Source of the DNA: an uncultured delta proteobacterium
GTDB lineage: Bacteria; Myxococcota_A; Polyangia; Polyangiales; Polyangiaceae
Reading direction: 5' to 3'
Length of the DNA: 64,000 nucleotides
NCBI GenBank assembly: GCA_963782055.1
Contig: CAWAIF010000003.1
Location: 4,960,001-5,024,000 of the forward strand
Both the position numbers and the translations under genes were made by a program. Shown in pieces: positions 11,836-21,100 of this stretch (position 1 is the first letter of the stretch; the number at the start of each line of letters is the position of its first letter). The notes beneath the pieces are model-generated. The model worked only from the letters and a program-made list of their open reading frames with translations, did not search any database and was not told the origin of the DNA.

Positions 11836-12588
11836 ATGAGCGGCCACTCCAAATGGGCCACCATCAAGCACAAGAAGGGCGCGGTCGACGCCAAGCGCGG
11901 CAAGCTCTTCACCAAGCTCATCAAGGAGCTGACGGTCGCCGCGCGCATGGGCGGGGGCGATCCTTCGGGCAACCCACGCCTGCGCAAGGCGATCGCCGAC
12001 GCCAAGGGCGAGAGCATGCCCAACGACACCATCCAGCGCGCGGTCAAGCGCGGCACGGGTGAGATCGAGGGCGCCTCGTACGATGAGGTCCTCTACGAGG
12101 GCACCGGCCCTGGCGGCACCCTCTTCCTCGTCGAGGGCATGACCGACAACCGCAACCGCACCGTCGCCGAGATCCGCAAGATCTTCGAGAAGCACAACGG
12201 CGTGCTGGGCGGCGCCGGCACCGCCGGCTGGGCCTTCGATCGCAAGGGCGTCATCCAGCTCGCGAAGGAGGCCGCGACGGAGGACCAGCTCATGGAGATC
12301 GCCGTGGGGGCGGGCGCGGAGGACTACTCCGACGCCGGCGACGAGTGGCAGGTCACCACGCCGTCGGATGCGCTCAACGTGGTGCTCGAGGCGCTGGACG
12401 CCGCCAAGATCGCCGCGAAGGGCTCCGGGCTGCAGTACCTGCCCAAGACCAAGAAGCCCATCGCCGGCCGCGACGCCGAGGTGGCGCTCAACCTCGCCGA
12501 GACGCTGGACGACCACGACGACGTGCAGAACGTCTTCGCCGACTTCGACATCTCCGACGAGGAGATGGCCAAGCTGGCCAAGGAGTGA
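11836..12588 (+). CDS. yebC: YebC/PmpR family protein
   Basis: MSGHSKWATIKHKKG...YEGTGPGG...TDNRNRT...DDVQNVF; adjacent to ruvC. Confidence 0.96.
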   Translation: MSGHSKWATIKHKKGAVDAKRGKLFTKLIKELTVAARMGGGDPSGNPRLRKAIADAKGESMPNDTIQRAVKRGTGEIEGASYDEVLYEGTGPGGTLFLVEGMTDNRNRTVAEIRKIFEKHNGVLGGAGTAGWAFDRKGVIQLAKEAATEDQLMEIAVGAGAEDYSDAGDEWQVTTPSDALNVVLEALDAAKIAAKGSGLQYLPKTKKPIAGRDAEVALNLAETLDDHDDVQNVFADFDISDEEMAKLAKE

Positions 12589-13088
12589 TCATCCTCGGGC
12601 TGGACCCGGGTACGCGCCGCTTCGGCTGGGGCGTGGTCTCGCGCGCCGGGACGCGACTCTCGCACGTGGCGCACGGGGTCATCGCGCTGGGCGACGGGCC
12701 GCTGGCCGGTCGGCTGGTCGAGCTGGAGTCTCGCCTGGACGAGGTCGTCCGCGCCTACCGCCCCGCGCAGGCGAGCGTGGAGACACTCTTCTTCCACAAG
12801 GACCCGCAGGCGGCGGCGAAGCTCGGCCACGCGCGCGGGGTGGCGCTGCTGGTGTGCGGCCGCGCCGGCCTCCCGGTGGGCGAGTACGCGCCCGCCCGGG
12901 TGAAGCGCACCGTCGCCGCGTACGGCCTGGCCGACAAGGCGCAGGTCGCGCAGATGGTCCGGGTCATCCTGGCGCTGGACGCGGCCCCGCCATCGGACGC
13001 CGCCGACGCCCTCGCGCTCGCCATCACCCACCTGCAGAACGCGGCGACCTGGCGGCCGCCGGCCCCCGCCGCCCGCCGACGCCGTTGA
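12585..13088 (+). CDS. ruvC: Crossover junction endodeoxyribonuclease RuvC
   Basis: IILGLDPGTRRFGWGVV...VETLFF...LGHARGV...DAADALALAITH; GTGA overlap with yebC. Confidence 0.95.
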   Translation: MIILGLDPGTRRFGWGVVSRAGTRLSHVAHGVIALGDGPLAGRLVELESRLDEVVRAYRPAQASVETLFFHKDPQAAAKLGHARGVALLVCGRAGLPVGEYAPARVKRTVAAYGLADKAQVAQMVRVILALDAAPPSDAADALALAITHLQNAATWRPPAPAARRRR

Positions 13089-13184
13089 CAGTCGGCCCCG
13101 CCGGGGCCAAAACGGCCAGGCTTTCGTCGGGCGTCCCGCAATGTTTCGGGGGCCTCCCACGTCTAACGCCGTAGAAAGGCGATC

Positions 13185-13883
13185 ATGGCGATGCGTTCGG
13201 TACGTCAATTCCTCGGTGCAGCTGGGCTTTCTCTGGTGCTCGGCATGGCGTGGGCCCCCACGGCCGCGCAGGCTCAGCCGGCGGCGGCGGCCGCCCCCTC
13301 CTCGGTGAACGCGGCGGTGGCCAACGTGCAGGCGTTCTACAACCACACCAGCACCTTCAGCGCGGACTTCACGCAGAGCTTCCTCGCCAAGGCCTACAAC
13401 ACCACCAAGACCTCCAGCGGCCACGTCACCTTCGCCAAGCCCGGCAAGATGGACTGGGTGTACAGCTCCCCCGCCGGCAACCGCGTGGTATCCGACGGCC
13501 AGAACCTGCGCGTGTACGAGGCCGCCAACAAGCAGATGTACCAGGCGAAGGTGAACCAGTCGCAGTACCCCGCGGCGCTCTCCTTCCTCACCGGGCAGGG
13601 CAACCTGGCGCAGCTCTTCGATTTCCAGCTCATCCCGGGGGACCAGCTCCGGTTCCACGGGGGCTACGTGCTCGTCGGCACGCCCAAGAAGCCCACGCCC
13701 GCGTACACGAAGGTCCTCTTCTTCGTCGACACGGCCACCTCGCAGGTGCGCAGCGTGCTCATCCTCGACGGCCAGGGCAACCGCAACCGCTTCGACTTCA
13801 AGAGCCCCAAGGCGAACGTCGCCGTCCCGGCGTCGCAGTTCCAGTTCGTCCCGCCGCCCGGCACCACCATCGTGCATCCTTGA
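13185..13883 (+). CDS. lolA: Outer-membrane lipoprotein carrier LolA family
   Basis: Signal peptide; FSADFTQ...GHVTFAKPGKMDWVY...VVSDG...FQFVPPPG. Confidence 0.88.
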   Translation: MAMRSVRQFLGAAGLSLVLGMAWAPTAAQAQPAAAAAPSSVNAAVANVQAFYNHTSTFSADFTQSFLAKAYNTTKTSSGHVTFAKPGKMDWVYSSPAGNRVVSDGQNLRVYEAANKQMYQAKVNQSQYPAALSFLTGQGNLAQLFDFQLIPGDQLRFHGGYVLVGTPKKPTPAYTKVLFFVDTATSQVRSVLILDGQGNRNRFDFKSPKANVAVPASQFQFVPPPGTTIVHP

Positions 13884-14012
13884 GAAGGGGCGGCACGCGC
13901 TGCCCCTCCCCGCCCGGGCCCTCCGCTACGCGTCGGGGCGAGGAGACGGCACACGCCGCGGGGTGGGGCATGTAAGGTGTGGATGGGCGGCGCGTTGAGG
14001 GACAGAGGACGC

Positions 14013-14408
14013 ATGCGAGGCGTACGGACAGCAGCGGCGGTGGTCTTGGCGTGCACGGTCGTCGCCTGCGCCGCGGCCGGCAAGTCGGGCGAGGCGCCCC
14101 CCGCTGCCATGCCCTCCGGCGGCGCCCCCATGAACGACACCCAGCAGAAGGGCGTCGCCCCCAGCGGCACCGGCGCGGAGGCGCCGCCGCGCGAGATCGG
14201 CGTCGCTCGCGCCGACGTGGACCGGACCGCGCGCGACGTGGAGGCCTCCCTCTCCGACTGCGCGACGGCATGCCGCGCCCTCGCCTCCTTCGCGCGCGCC
14301 ACCGAGCACCTGTGCGCGCTCTCCGAGCCGGCCGAGTGCGACGACGCGAAGGCGCGCCTGGAGCGCGCCCGGGGTCGCGTGCTGTCGTCGTGCGGGGCGT
14401 GCAAGTAA
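14013..14408 (+). CDS. Small Cys-containing lipoprotein
   Basis: Lipobox VVAC; CATACRALASFARATEHLC helical Cys motif. Confidence 0.65.
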   Translation: MRGVRTAAAVVLACTVVACAAAGKSGEAPPAAMPSGGAPMNDTQQKGVAPSGTGAEAPPREIGVARADVDRTARDVEASLSDCATACRALASFARATEHLCALSEPAECDDAKARLERARGRVLSSCGACK

Positions 14409-14440
14409 CCGCGCGCCCTTCGCGCTACCATGCCCGGCGC

Positions 14441-15124
14441 ATGACGTCGCCCTTCGACCACGACCACCACGTGGCCAACCTCTACGGAGAGCACAACCGC
14501 TGCCCCACCTGCGGGGCCGTGTCGCGCATCGTCCCCAGCGACACCCTGCGCTGGGCGTGCGGCGTGTGCGGCAGCCCGCGCGTCCCGTGGCGCGACACCG
14601 ACCACCCGCCCGAGGAGGCGATGGACGCGCTGCGCGCCGCGGGCAACGCCAAGCGGCAAGGCTTCGCGTGGCGCGCGGGGGCGTGGGCGGCGGGCATCCC
14701 GGCGGCGGTCGCCTTCGTGCTGGCGGTGCTGCTCGGTCCGGCTTCGTACGTGGCGGGCGGCGTCCTGGTCGCGATCGGCGTGGTGCTGGCGGTCCTCGCG
14801 TCGAAGGCCTCGCGCAGCGCTTCCACCGCGCGCAAGCGGATGCGCTCCGAGCTCGATCGCGGCTGGGAGGCGGCCATGGAGGGCATGCTCGCCCAGAGCG
14901 CCGGCACGATGACCGCCCGCGAGATCGCGCGCGCCCTGCGGATCTCGGAGGCGGACGTGGAGGCGACGCTGACGACGCTCTCGGTGCACGAGCGCATCCG
15001 CGTCGCCGTGCAGGACAACGCGGACCTCGCCTACTCGCACGCCGAGGCCGAGCAGGCGGCCGTCGAGCAAGCCGAGCAAGAGGCGCAGGCGGAAGCGCCG
15101 GCGCAGGCCAAGAAGGTCCCATGA
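14441..15124 (+). CDS. Zinc-ribbon membrane protein with possible C-terminal HTH
   Basis: CPTCG...CGVCG, two TM helices, then MTAREIARALRISEADVE. Confidence 0.65.
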   Translation: MTSPFDHDHHVANLYGEHNRCPTCGAVSRIVPSDTLRWACGVCGSPRVPWRDTDHPPEEAMDALRAAGNAKRQGFAWRAGAWAAGIPAAVAFVLAVLLGPASYVAGGVLVAIGVVLAVLASKASRSASTARKRMRSELDRGWEAAMEGMLAQSAGTMTAREIARALRISEADVEATLTTLSVHERIRVAVQDNADLAYSHAEAEQAAVEQAEQEAQAEAPAQAKKVP

Positions 15125-16377
15125 CCAATCCGCCGGAGCGGGCGCAGGGTCCGCGGGTGCGGCGGCGCGGCCTGGTCAACCTGGGCGGCGCGATCGACAG
15201 GACGGGCGCGGCGAGCGAGAGCGCCGCGCTCGCCCGCGCGCTGGACGTGCCGCCGGCGCCGCGCGAGGGCTCCGGCAACGACGACCCCGATCGCGCCCAC
15301 GTCCACGGCTTCCACCCCTACCCGGCGCGGATGCATCCTCGGACCGCCGAGCGACTGGTGCGCGCCTTCGCGCCGCCCGACGGCCCCCTGCTCGATCCCT
15401 TCGCCGGCTCGGGCACCGTGCTCGTCGAGGCGGCGATCGCCGGGCGCGACGTGCTCGGCACCGATCTCAACCCCCTCGCGGTGATGCTCGCCTCGCGCAA
15501 GCTCGCCCCGCGCGACGCCGCCGACCTGGAGCGCCTGCGCGCGCGCGCGGAGGAGCTGCGCGCCTTCGCCGACGATCGCCGCAAGCGCCGCGCGGGCGCG
15601 ACCCGCCGCTACGCCGACGAGGACGTGCGCGCCTTCGACCCGCACGTGCTGCTGGAGCTGGACTCGCTGCGCGCCGGCATCGCCGCCGAGCGCGACGCCG
15701 CGCTGCGGGCGGACCTCTCGCTCGTGCTGAGCGCCATCCTGGTGAAGTTCTCTCGCAAGAAGGGCGACACCTCGGAGGGCCTCGCGCCCAAGCGGATCGG
15801 CGCGGGGTACGCCGCCAAGTTCTTCGCGCGCAAGGCCGACGACTTCGCGCGCCGGCTGGGGGAGCTCGCCGCGCTCTTGCCGCGCCCGCGGCCGCGCGCG
15901 CGCGTCACGCAGGACGACGCGACGGCGCTGCGAACGGTCCGGGCGGGGAGCGTCGCGTGCGTGGTCACCTCCCCGCCGTACGCGGCGACCTACGACTACC
16001 TCGCGCATCACGCCCTGCGCCTGCGCTGGCTCGGCCTGGACGCGCGCCCCTTCGCCCGCGGCGAGCTGGGCGCGCGGCGCACCTACGCGACGCTCTCCGC
16101 CGCGGAGGCGGAGCGAGCGTGGGGGGCGGAGCTCGAGCGCTTCCTCGCCGCGGCGCGGCGTACCTTGCGCCGTCGCGGCACGCTGGTGCTGCTCCTGGCC
16201 GACTCCGAGGTGCGTGGCCACGCGCTGCGCGCCGACGAGGCGCTCGTGGCCGTCGCGCCGCGCGCGGGCCTGCGGGTGGTGGCGGCCGCGTCGCAGCCCC
16301 GCCCCCACTTCCACGACTCGCGCACCTTCGCCCGGGTGCCCCGCAAGGAGCATGCGGTGCTGCTCGAATGCGTGTAA
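15121..16377 (+). CDS. Site-specific amino-DNA methyltransferase (SPPY type), orphan
   Basis: HGFHPYPARM, motif I LDPFAGSGT, then motif IV VTSPPY; ATGA overlap with the upstream gene. Confidence 0.8.
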   Translation: MTNPPERAQGPRVRRRGLVNLGGAIDRTGAASESAALARALDVPPAPREGSGNDDPDRAHVHGFHPYPARMHPRTAERLVRAFAPPDGPLLDPFAGSGTVLVEAAIAGRDVLGTDLNPLAVMLASRKLAPRDAADLERLRARAEELRAFADDRRKRRAGATRRYADEDVRAFDPHVLLELDSLRAGIAAERDAALRADLSLVLSAILVKFSRKKGDTSEGLAPKRIGAGYAAKFFARKADDFARRLGELAALLPRPRPRARVTQDDATALRTVRAGSVACVVTSPPYAATYDYLAHHALRLRWLGLDARPFARGELGARRTYATLSAAEAERAWGAELERFLAAARRTLRRRGTLVLLLADSEVRGHALRADEALVAVAPRAGLRVVAAASQPRPHFHDSRTFARVPRKEHAVLLECV

Positions 16378-16388
16378 GAACACGGCGG

Positions 16389-16700
16389 ATGCCGCGCGTG
16401 GTCTTCATCAGCGAGGATTCGGCCGAGCTGGGCGTGGACGTCCCGGCGGGCGGCTGCCTGGTCGATGTCTGCGACGCCAAGGACGCGCCCGTCCCCTTCT
16501 CCTGCCGGAGCGCGAGCTGCGGCACGTGCCGCGTGGTGGTGCTGGAGGGCGCGGAGCTCTTGCTGGAAGCCGAGGACGAGGAGCTCGATGTCCTCGACGC
16601 CTTCGGTGCGCGGCCGCCCCGGCAACGCCTCGCCTGCCAGGCCAGGCTGGTCCCCGGCGCGGGCATGCTGCGGGTGCGCCCGGCTCGCGACGACGAGTAG
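16389..16700 (+). CDS. 2Fe-2S ferredoxin
   Basis: FSCRSASCGTC...RLACQ. Alternative ATG at 16368. Confidence 0.88.
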   Translation: MPRVVFISEDSAELGVDVPAGGCLVDVCDAKDAPVPFSCRSASCGTCRVVVLEGAELLLEAEDEELDVLDAFGARPPRQRLACQARLVPGAGMLRVRPARDDE

Positions 16701-16836
16701 CAGTTTTCGCACCGCGCACGCGTTTTCGCGGCGAAAAGCCCATGGCGAAATGCTCACGGCGAGGCGAGACTAGCAACCCGTCCTCGCGCGTTGCCCGTCT
16801 CCCCGGCGCGGCACGCGTGTCGCATTGGAACGAGTC

Positions 16837-17934
16837 ATGTTGGAGCCGGCAGTCAACCGTCACGAACGCTCAGCCGCGCTGCGCCGCGGGATGAGCACCA
16901 CGGCGGACGCCGCGCGCCTCGAGCGCGCCGCGTCGCCGGACGTGGTCGTCGACGAGAACGCGCTGTCGCTCCCGCGCCGCATGGTCCGCAACATGGCGGT
17001 GCAGGACTGGTTCGTCCTCGGCTACTTCCTGGTGCTCATCGCGGCCGTCATCGGCGGCAGCGGACCCAACCGCGCGGGCAACCTGCGCACGCTGCTGCAC
17101 GACACGGCGATCATCACGGTCGCGCTGGTGCTGGTGCGCGGCGAGCTGCTCAAGGGCGTCGCGGCCGCCACCCTCTACCGGCTCGGCCTCATCGTCTCCA
17201 TCCTGCTCTCGTACTTCCAGCTCCGGTGGATCCTGCCGGCCGTCACCTCGCGCGCGGTGGACGCCCAGATCTTCGCGTTCGACATGCGGGTGTTCGGGGT
17301 CGAGCCCTCGGTCGCGTGGGACAAGTTCGTCGCCCCCGCGACCACCGAGTGGTTCGCCTTCTTCTACTTCGGCTACTTCGCCATCATGGCGGCGCACATC
17401 GTGCCCTTCGTCACCCTCTCGAAGGACTCGCGCCTGCTGCGGCACTTCGGCATCGGCCTGGTCGCGCAGTTCTGCATCACCCACGTGCTGTACCTGGTGG
17501 TGCCGGGGTACGGGCCGTACCACGAGCTGCACTTCCAGCACGAGCTGCAGGGCGGCGTCTTCTGGCGGCTGGTGCAGGAGTCGGTGCACTCCGCCGGCGC
17601 GCTGAAGGACATCTTCCCGAGCCTCCACACCGGGGCGCCCACCTTCATCGCCATCTTCTCCTTCGTCCACCGCAAGCACGCCCCCTTCAAGTACACCTGG
17701 CCGGTGATCGCCTTCTGCGCCCTGCAGATCATCGGCGCGACGATGTTCCTGCGCTGGCACTACCTGATCGACATCATCGCCGGCTTCTCCCTCGCCGCGG
17801 TGAACGTGTACGTCGGCGGGAAGGTGGTCCGCTGGGAAGAAGGGCGCCGCGCCCGTGCGGGGTCGATGCCCCTGTTCGGGGAGGCCCCGCTGCCCTGGCT
17901 GGTCAAGCGGGTGATGGCCGGCAAGGCGGACTGA
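16837..17934 (+). CDS. PAP2 superfamily membrane protein, Aur1/IPC-synthase-like
   Basis: Multi-TM; YLVVPGYGP, DIFPSLHTG, RWHYLIDIIAG. Alternative start 16891. Confidence 0.8.
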   Translation: MLEPAVNRHERSAALRRGMSTTADAARLERAASPDVVVDENALSLPRRMVRNMAVQDWFVLGYFLVLIAAVIGGSGPNRAGNLRTLLHDTAIITVALVLVRGELLKGVAAATLYRLGLIVSILLSYFQLRWILPAVTSRAVDAQIFAFDMRVFGVEPSVAWDKFVAPATTEWFAFFYFGYFAIMAAHIVPFVTLSKDSRLLRHFGIGLVAQFCITHVLYLVVPGYGPYHELHFQHELQGGVFWRLVQESVHSAGALKDIFPSLHTGAPTFIAIFSFVHRKHAPFKYTWPVIAFCALQIIGATMFLRWHYLIDIIAGFSLAAVNVYVGGKVVRWEEGRRARAGSMPLFGEAPLPWLVKRVMAGKAD

Positions 17935-18130
17935 CTGCCCCGCAGGCCGGGATGCGGAGGGGCGGCCGGGCGGGCAGGCTCACGCCCTCCCGCGCGACGA
18001 CTGGATCGCGCGTGCCCCAGCACCCGTCACGCAATTGTGCGGGGCAGGACGTTGACGGAAGGCCAAACGTGTGAGTAATTGCGCACACGCCGTCCTTGGG
18101 GTGGCGAGGACTTTGGCGAGGAGCAGCGTG

Positions 18131-18784
18131 ATGAAGAACATTCGATTGGCTTTGGTGCTCGGCAGCGCGGCTTCTCTGGCGCTGGCGGCGATCGGCATGT
18201 CGGCCTGCAGCGGCGACGACATCGTCAACAACACGAACGACGCCGGCAAGAAGGACAGCAGCGTCAACGACAGCGGCGGCGGCAACGACAGCGGTGGCGG
18301 CAACGACAGCGGCGGCAACGACAGCGGCGCAGCCGACTGCGGCAAGCCGAACTCGATCTTCAACACGCCCGACGCCGGTCCGTACTGCCCCTTCCAGGTC
18401 GGGCCGGACGGCGGCACGGTGTTCAGCGCCTGCGACATGGGCCAGCACTGCTGCGTGTACGGGAGCACGGACGCCGGCTCCACCTGCAACGACTCCAACA
18501 CCGCGTGCGCCGACGGCGGCTTCCCCGCCGACTTCGAGTGCAACGAGAACAGCGACTGCCCGAACAACGGCGACGTCTGCTGCCTCGTCGGCTCGGTGAA
18601 GCAGGACCAGGTCTGCACCGACACCTACTACGGCAGCCTGGTGAAGGGCACCAAGTGCGAGGCGACCCAGTGCGCCAACGGCGAGGTCCCGCTCTGCAAT
18701 GCGCCCGATGCCGGCTGTGGCCAGGGCCTGACCTGCCGTCCGTTCAAGACCAAGGCGATCTCGCTCGGCGGCTGCGTCCCCTGA
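18131..18784 (+). CDS. Cys-rich lipoprotein
   Basis: Lipobox MSAC, NDSGGG linker, many Cys with CC pairs. Confidence 0.8.
   Translation: MKNIRLALVLGSAASLALAAIGMSACSGDDIVNNTNDAGKKDSSVNDSGGGNDSGGGNDSGGNDSGAADCGKPNSIFNTPDAGPYCPFQVGPDGGTVFSACDMGQHCCVYGSTDAGSTCNDSNTACADGGFPADFECNENSDCPNNGDVCCLVGSVKQDQVCTDTYYGSLVKGTKCEATQCANGEVPLCNAPDAGCGQGLTCRPFKTKAISLGGCVP
18266..18328 (+). repeat. Intragenic tandem repeat AACGACAGCGG(N) x4 (NDSGG[G])
   Basis: Units of 18, 18, 15 and 12 nt read directly. Confidence 0.85.
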
Positions 18785-18840
18785 CCTCACCCCCCGGCCT
18801 CACCCCCCGGCCCCCTCTCCACTTCGTGGAGAGGGGGAGA
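18785..18840. repeat. REP-like palindromic element between convergent genes
   Basis: CCTCACCCCCCGG twice, then the perfect hairpin CCCCCTCTCCAC-TTC-GTGGAGAGGGGG (18811-18837). Confidence 0.75.
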
Positions 18841-18853
18841 GGAGAGGTGATGC

Positions 18854-19702
18854 TCAGGGGCGGGCGTGGGAGAGGATCCACTCCGCCATGGCGTCCGCGA
18901 TGGGGCGCCACTCCGGCTCGTTGAGGACCTCGTGGAAGAGGCCCTCCTTCTCGTCCTTCGTCTTGTCGGCGCTGCCGGCGCGGTCGTAGAAGGTGCGCCC
19001 GCCCTCGGGTGAGGCGACGTGGTCGGCGGTGCCGACGACGAGGTACAGCGGCATGGTCAGCTCCGGCGCGCGCGCGAGGCAGCGCTCCTGCGCCTTGGTG
19101 GCCTCCACGAACCAGCGCGCGTTCGCCTTCGGGAAGACCAGCGGGTCCTCGTCGTAGGCGCGGGCCTTGTCCGGATCGTGCGTGACGTCCTTGCCGGAGA
19201 GGCCGGAGGGGATGCTCAGGCTCGGGATGATGCGCGCCGCGATCTTCCCGGCCAGGAGCTTGAGCGGGGGCACCGGGAGCGCGAGGCGGAAGTACGGACC
19301 GGAGAGCATCAGGCCCTTCCACTCGCCGGGCCGCGTCAGCGCGCGCGAGGCCGCGACCAGACCGCCGAAGCTGTGGCCGAAGAGGAAGGCGGGGAGGCCG
19401 GGTGCCTTCTTCGCGACGAGGCGCTCCAGCTCGGTCATGTCGTGCATGTACTCGTCGAAGGAGCGGCAGGCGCCGCGTGGACCCTCGGCGCGGCCGTGGC
19501 CGCGCAGGTCGATGGCCACGCTGACGATGCCGCGCTCGGCCCACGCCGCCTGCACGTGCGCGTAGCGGCCGGAGTGCTCGGCGTAGCCGTGCACGATGCC
19601 CACCGCGGCCACCGCGCCGGTGTCCGGGCCGACGGTCACCTGGTACAGGCGAGGGCCGGGGGTGACCTCGCGCTCCAGCGGTCCCTTGTCTTCGGTCGTC
19701 AT
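18854..19702 (-). CDS. Lysophospholipase/monoglyceride lipase-type alpha/beta hydrolase
   Basis: VHGYAEHSGRY, DLRGHGRAEG, GHSFGG, FHEVLNEP. Confidence 0.9.
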   Translation of the reverse strand: MTTEDKGPLEREVTPGPRLYQVTVGPDTGAVAAVGIVHGYAEHSGRYAHVQAAWAERGIVSVAIDLRGHGRAEGPRGACRSFDEYMHDMTELERLVAKKAPGLPAFLFGHSFGGLVAASRALTRPGEWKGLMLSGPYFRLALPVPPLKLLAGKIAARIIPSLSIPSGLSGKDVTHDPDKARAYDEDPLVFPKANARWFVEATKAQERCLARAPELTMPLYLVVGTADHVASPEGGRTFYDRAGSADKTKDEKEGLFHEVLNEPEWRPIADAMAEWILSHARP

Positions 19703-19736
19703 CGGGGTCCTCGCAGCTTGGATGTCACTGCCCGGA

Positions 19737-20303
19737 TCAGGAGCTGCTCGGCTCCTGGTCCGCGGCGAGCAGGGCCTCGCGCAGCGCGGCGATGGCCCGC
19801 GCCGCCCGCGACTTCACGGTGCCGAGGGGCACGCCCTCCCGCTCGGCGATCTCGGGGTAGCTGAGGCCCTCGTAGAAGGCGACCTCCAGCGTCTTGCGCT
19901 GCGCCTCCGGGAGCGAGGCCAGCGCCTGGCGCACCTGCGCGCGGCGGCCGGCGTCGTTGCTGAGCACCTCCGGGTCGCGGGACTCGAACGCGGGGCGCTC
20001 CAGGGCATCCTTGCGCGCCAGCGCGCCGCGGCGATCGCGCCGGCGCTTCCGATCGATGCTCAGGTTGCGCACCAGGGTGACCAGCCACGCCGCCACGCTC
20101 CCGCGCTCGGCGGAGTACTGGGCGGCGCGCTCGCTGACGGTGACGAAGGCGTCATGAAGCACGTCCTCGGCCTCGGCGCGGTCGCGCACGATGCGCAGGG
20201 CGAGCGGAAAGAGCTGGGCGATGTACGCGTCATACAGCTCACCCACCGCCGCGGCCTCGCCGCGGGCGATCCGGGCGAGCAGGTCGGCGTCGGCGGGGCC
20301 CAT
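19737..20303 (-). CDS. ECF RNA polymerase sigma factor (SigK-like)
   Basis: AEAEDVLHDAF...WLVTLVRNLSID...GLSYPEIAEREGVPLGTVKSR. Confidence 0.92.
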   Translation of the reverse strand: MGPADADLLARIARGEAAAVGELYDAYIAQLFPLALRIVRDRAEAEDVLHDAFVTVSERAAQYSAERGSVAAWLVTLVRNLSIDRKRRRDRRGALARKDALERPAFESRDPEVLSNDAGRRAQVRQALASLPEAQRKTLEVAFYEGLSYPEIAEREGVPLGTVKSRAARAIAALREALLAADQEPSSS

Positions 20304-20405
20304 CTGGCGGAGCCTCCTAGGACCCCCGCGAAAGGTCAACACGAAAACCGGCGCGGCTCGAGGGGGCGGAGCGCCGGACGCGGCGGCGCGCTACACTGCA
20401 AACCC

Positions 20406-20999
20406 GTGATCGCCGTTCGCGTGCTCGCCGCGTGCCTGGGCGCTCTCTTCGTGGCCGCGCCGCTCGCCGCCGACGGCTTCGTGCCGCACGGGCAGGGGCT
20501 CGATCGCCCGCCGCGCACCCTGGCGCCGGCGGGGCCAGACCCCGCCCCCATCCTGGCGACGCTGGCGCAGACGCACACCGGCGAGCGCGTCGTGCTCGAC
20601 GAGCGATCGCCGTCGGAGGCGCGCTTCGACGTGCTCCTGGAGGACCGGGTGTGCGGGGAGCTCCACGCCATCGATCCGCGACTTCTCGGGCTGCTTCGCG
20701 CGCTGGCGACGCGCCATCCGGGCTCGCGCATCGAGATTGTCAGCGGCTACCGGAGCGCCAAGCTGAACGAGATGCGCCGCAAGAAGGGGCACCACGTGGC
20801 GCGCCACAGCCAGCACTCGCTCGGGCACGCGGTCGACTTCCGGCTGGTGCCGCCGGGGGCCGACAAGGGGGAGGACCCGCGGCTGCTGCGGGCGGAGGTG
20901 CGGTCCCTCGGCTGGGAGGGCGGCGTGGGGGTCTACACACTCCAGACCGATTGGTTCGTTCATGCCGACGTGGGCCCGCTCCGCGGCTGGAACGGGTAA
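20406..20999 (+). CDS. YcbK/DUF882 (peptidase M15-type) protein
   Basis: Signal peptide; IDPRLL...IVSGYRS...SQHSLGHAVDF...GGVGVY...FVHADVG. Confidence 0.85.
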   Translation: MIAVRVLAACLGALFVAAPLAADGFVPHGQGLDRPPRTLAPAGPDPAPILATLAQTHTGERVVLDERSPSEARFDVLLEDRVCGELHAIDPRLLGLLRALATRHPGSRIEIVSGYRSAKLNEMRRKKGHHVARHSQHSLGHAVDFRLVPPGADKGEDPRLLRAEVRSLGWEGGVGVYTLQTDWFVHADVGPLRGWNG

Positions 21000-21100
21000 C
21001 CGGCAGATCGTTAGCGTGCACATGAAGGGGCCCCGAACCGTCCGGCCGGGGAGGGGCTGGGGTGGGGGGGAGGCGGCCTGTGCACCCCTCCCAGGGCGTG

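Noticed and set aside
13089..13184. ruvA/ruvB expected after ruvC
   Set aside because: They are absent here, but split ruv loci are common.
15121..16377. Restriction-modification or defence island
   Set aside because: No nuclease, specificity subunit or mobility gene nearby.
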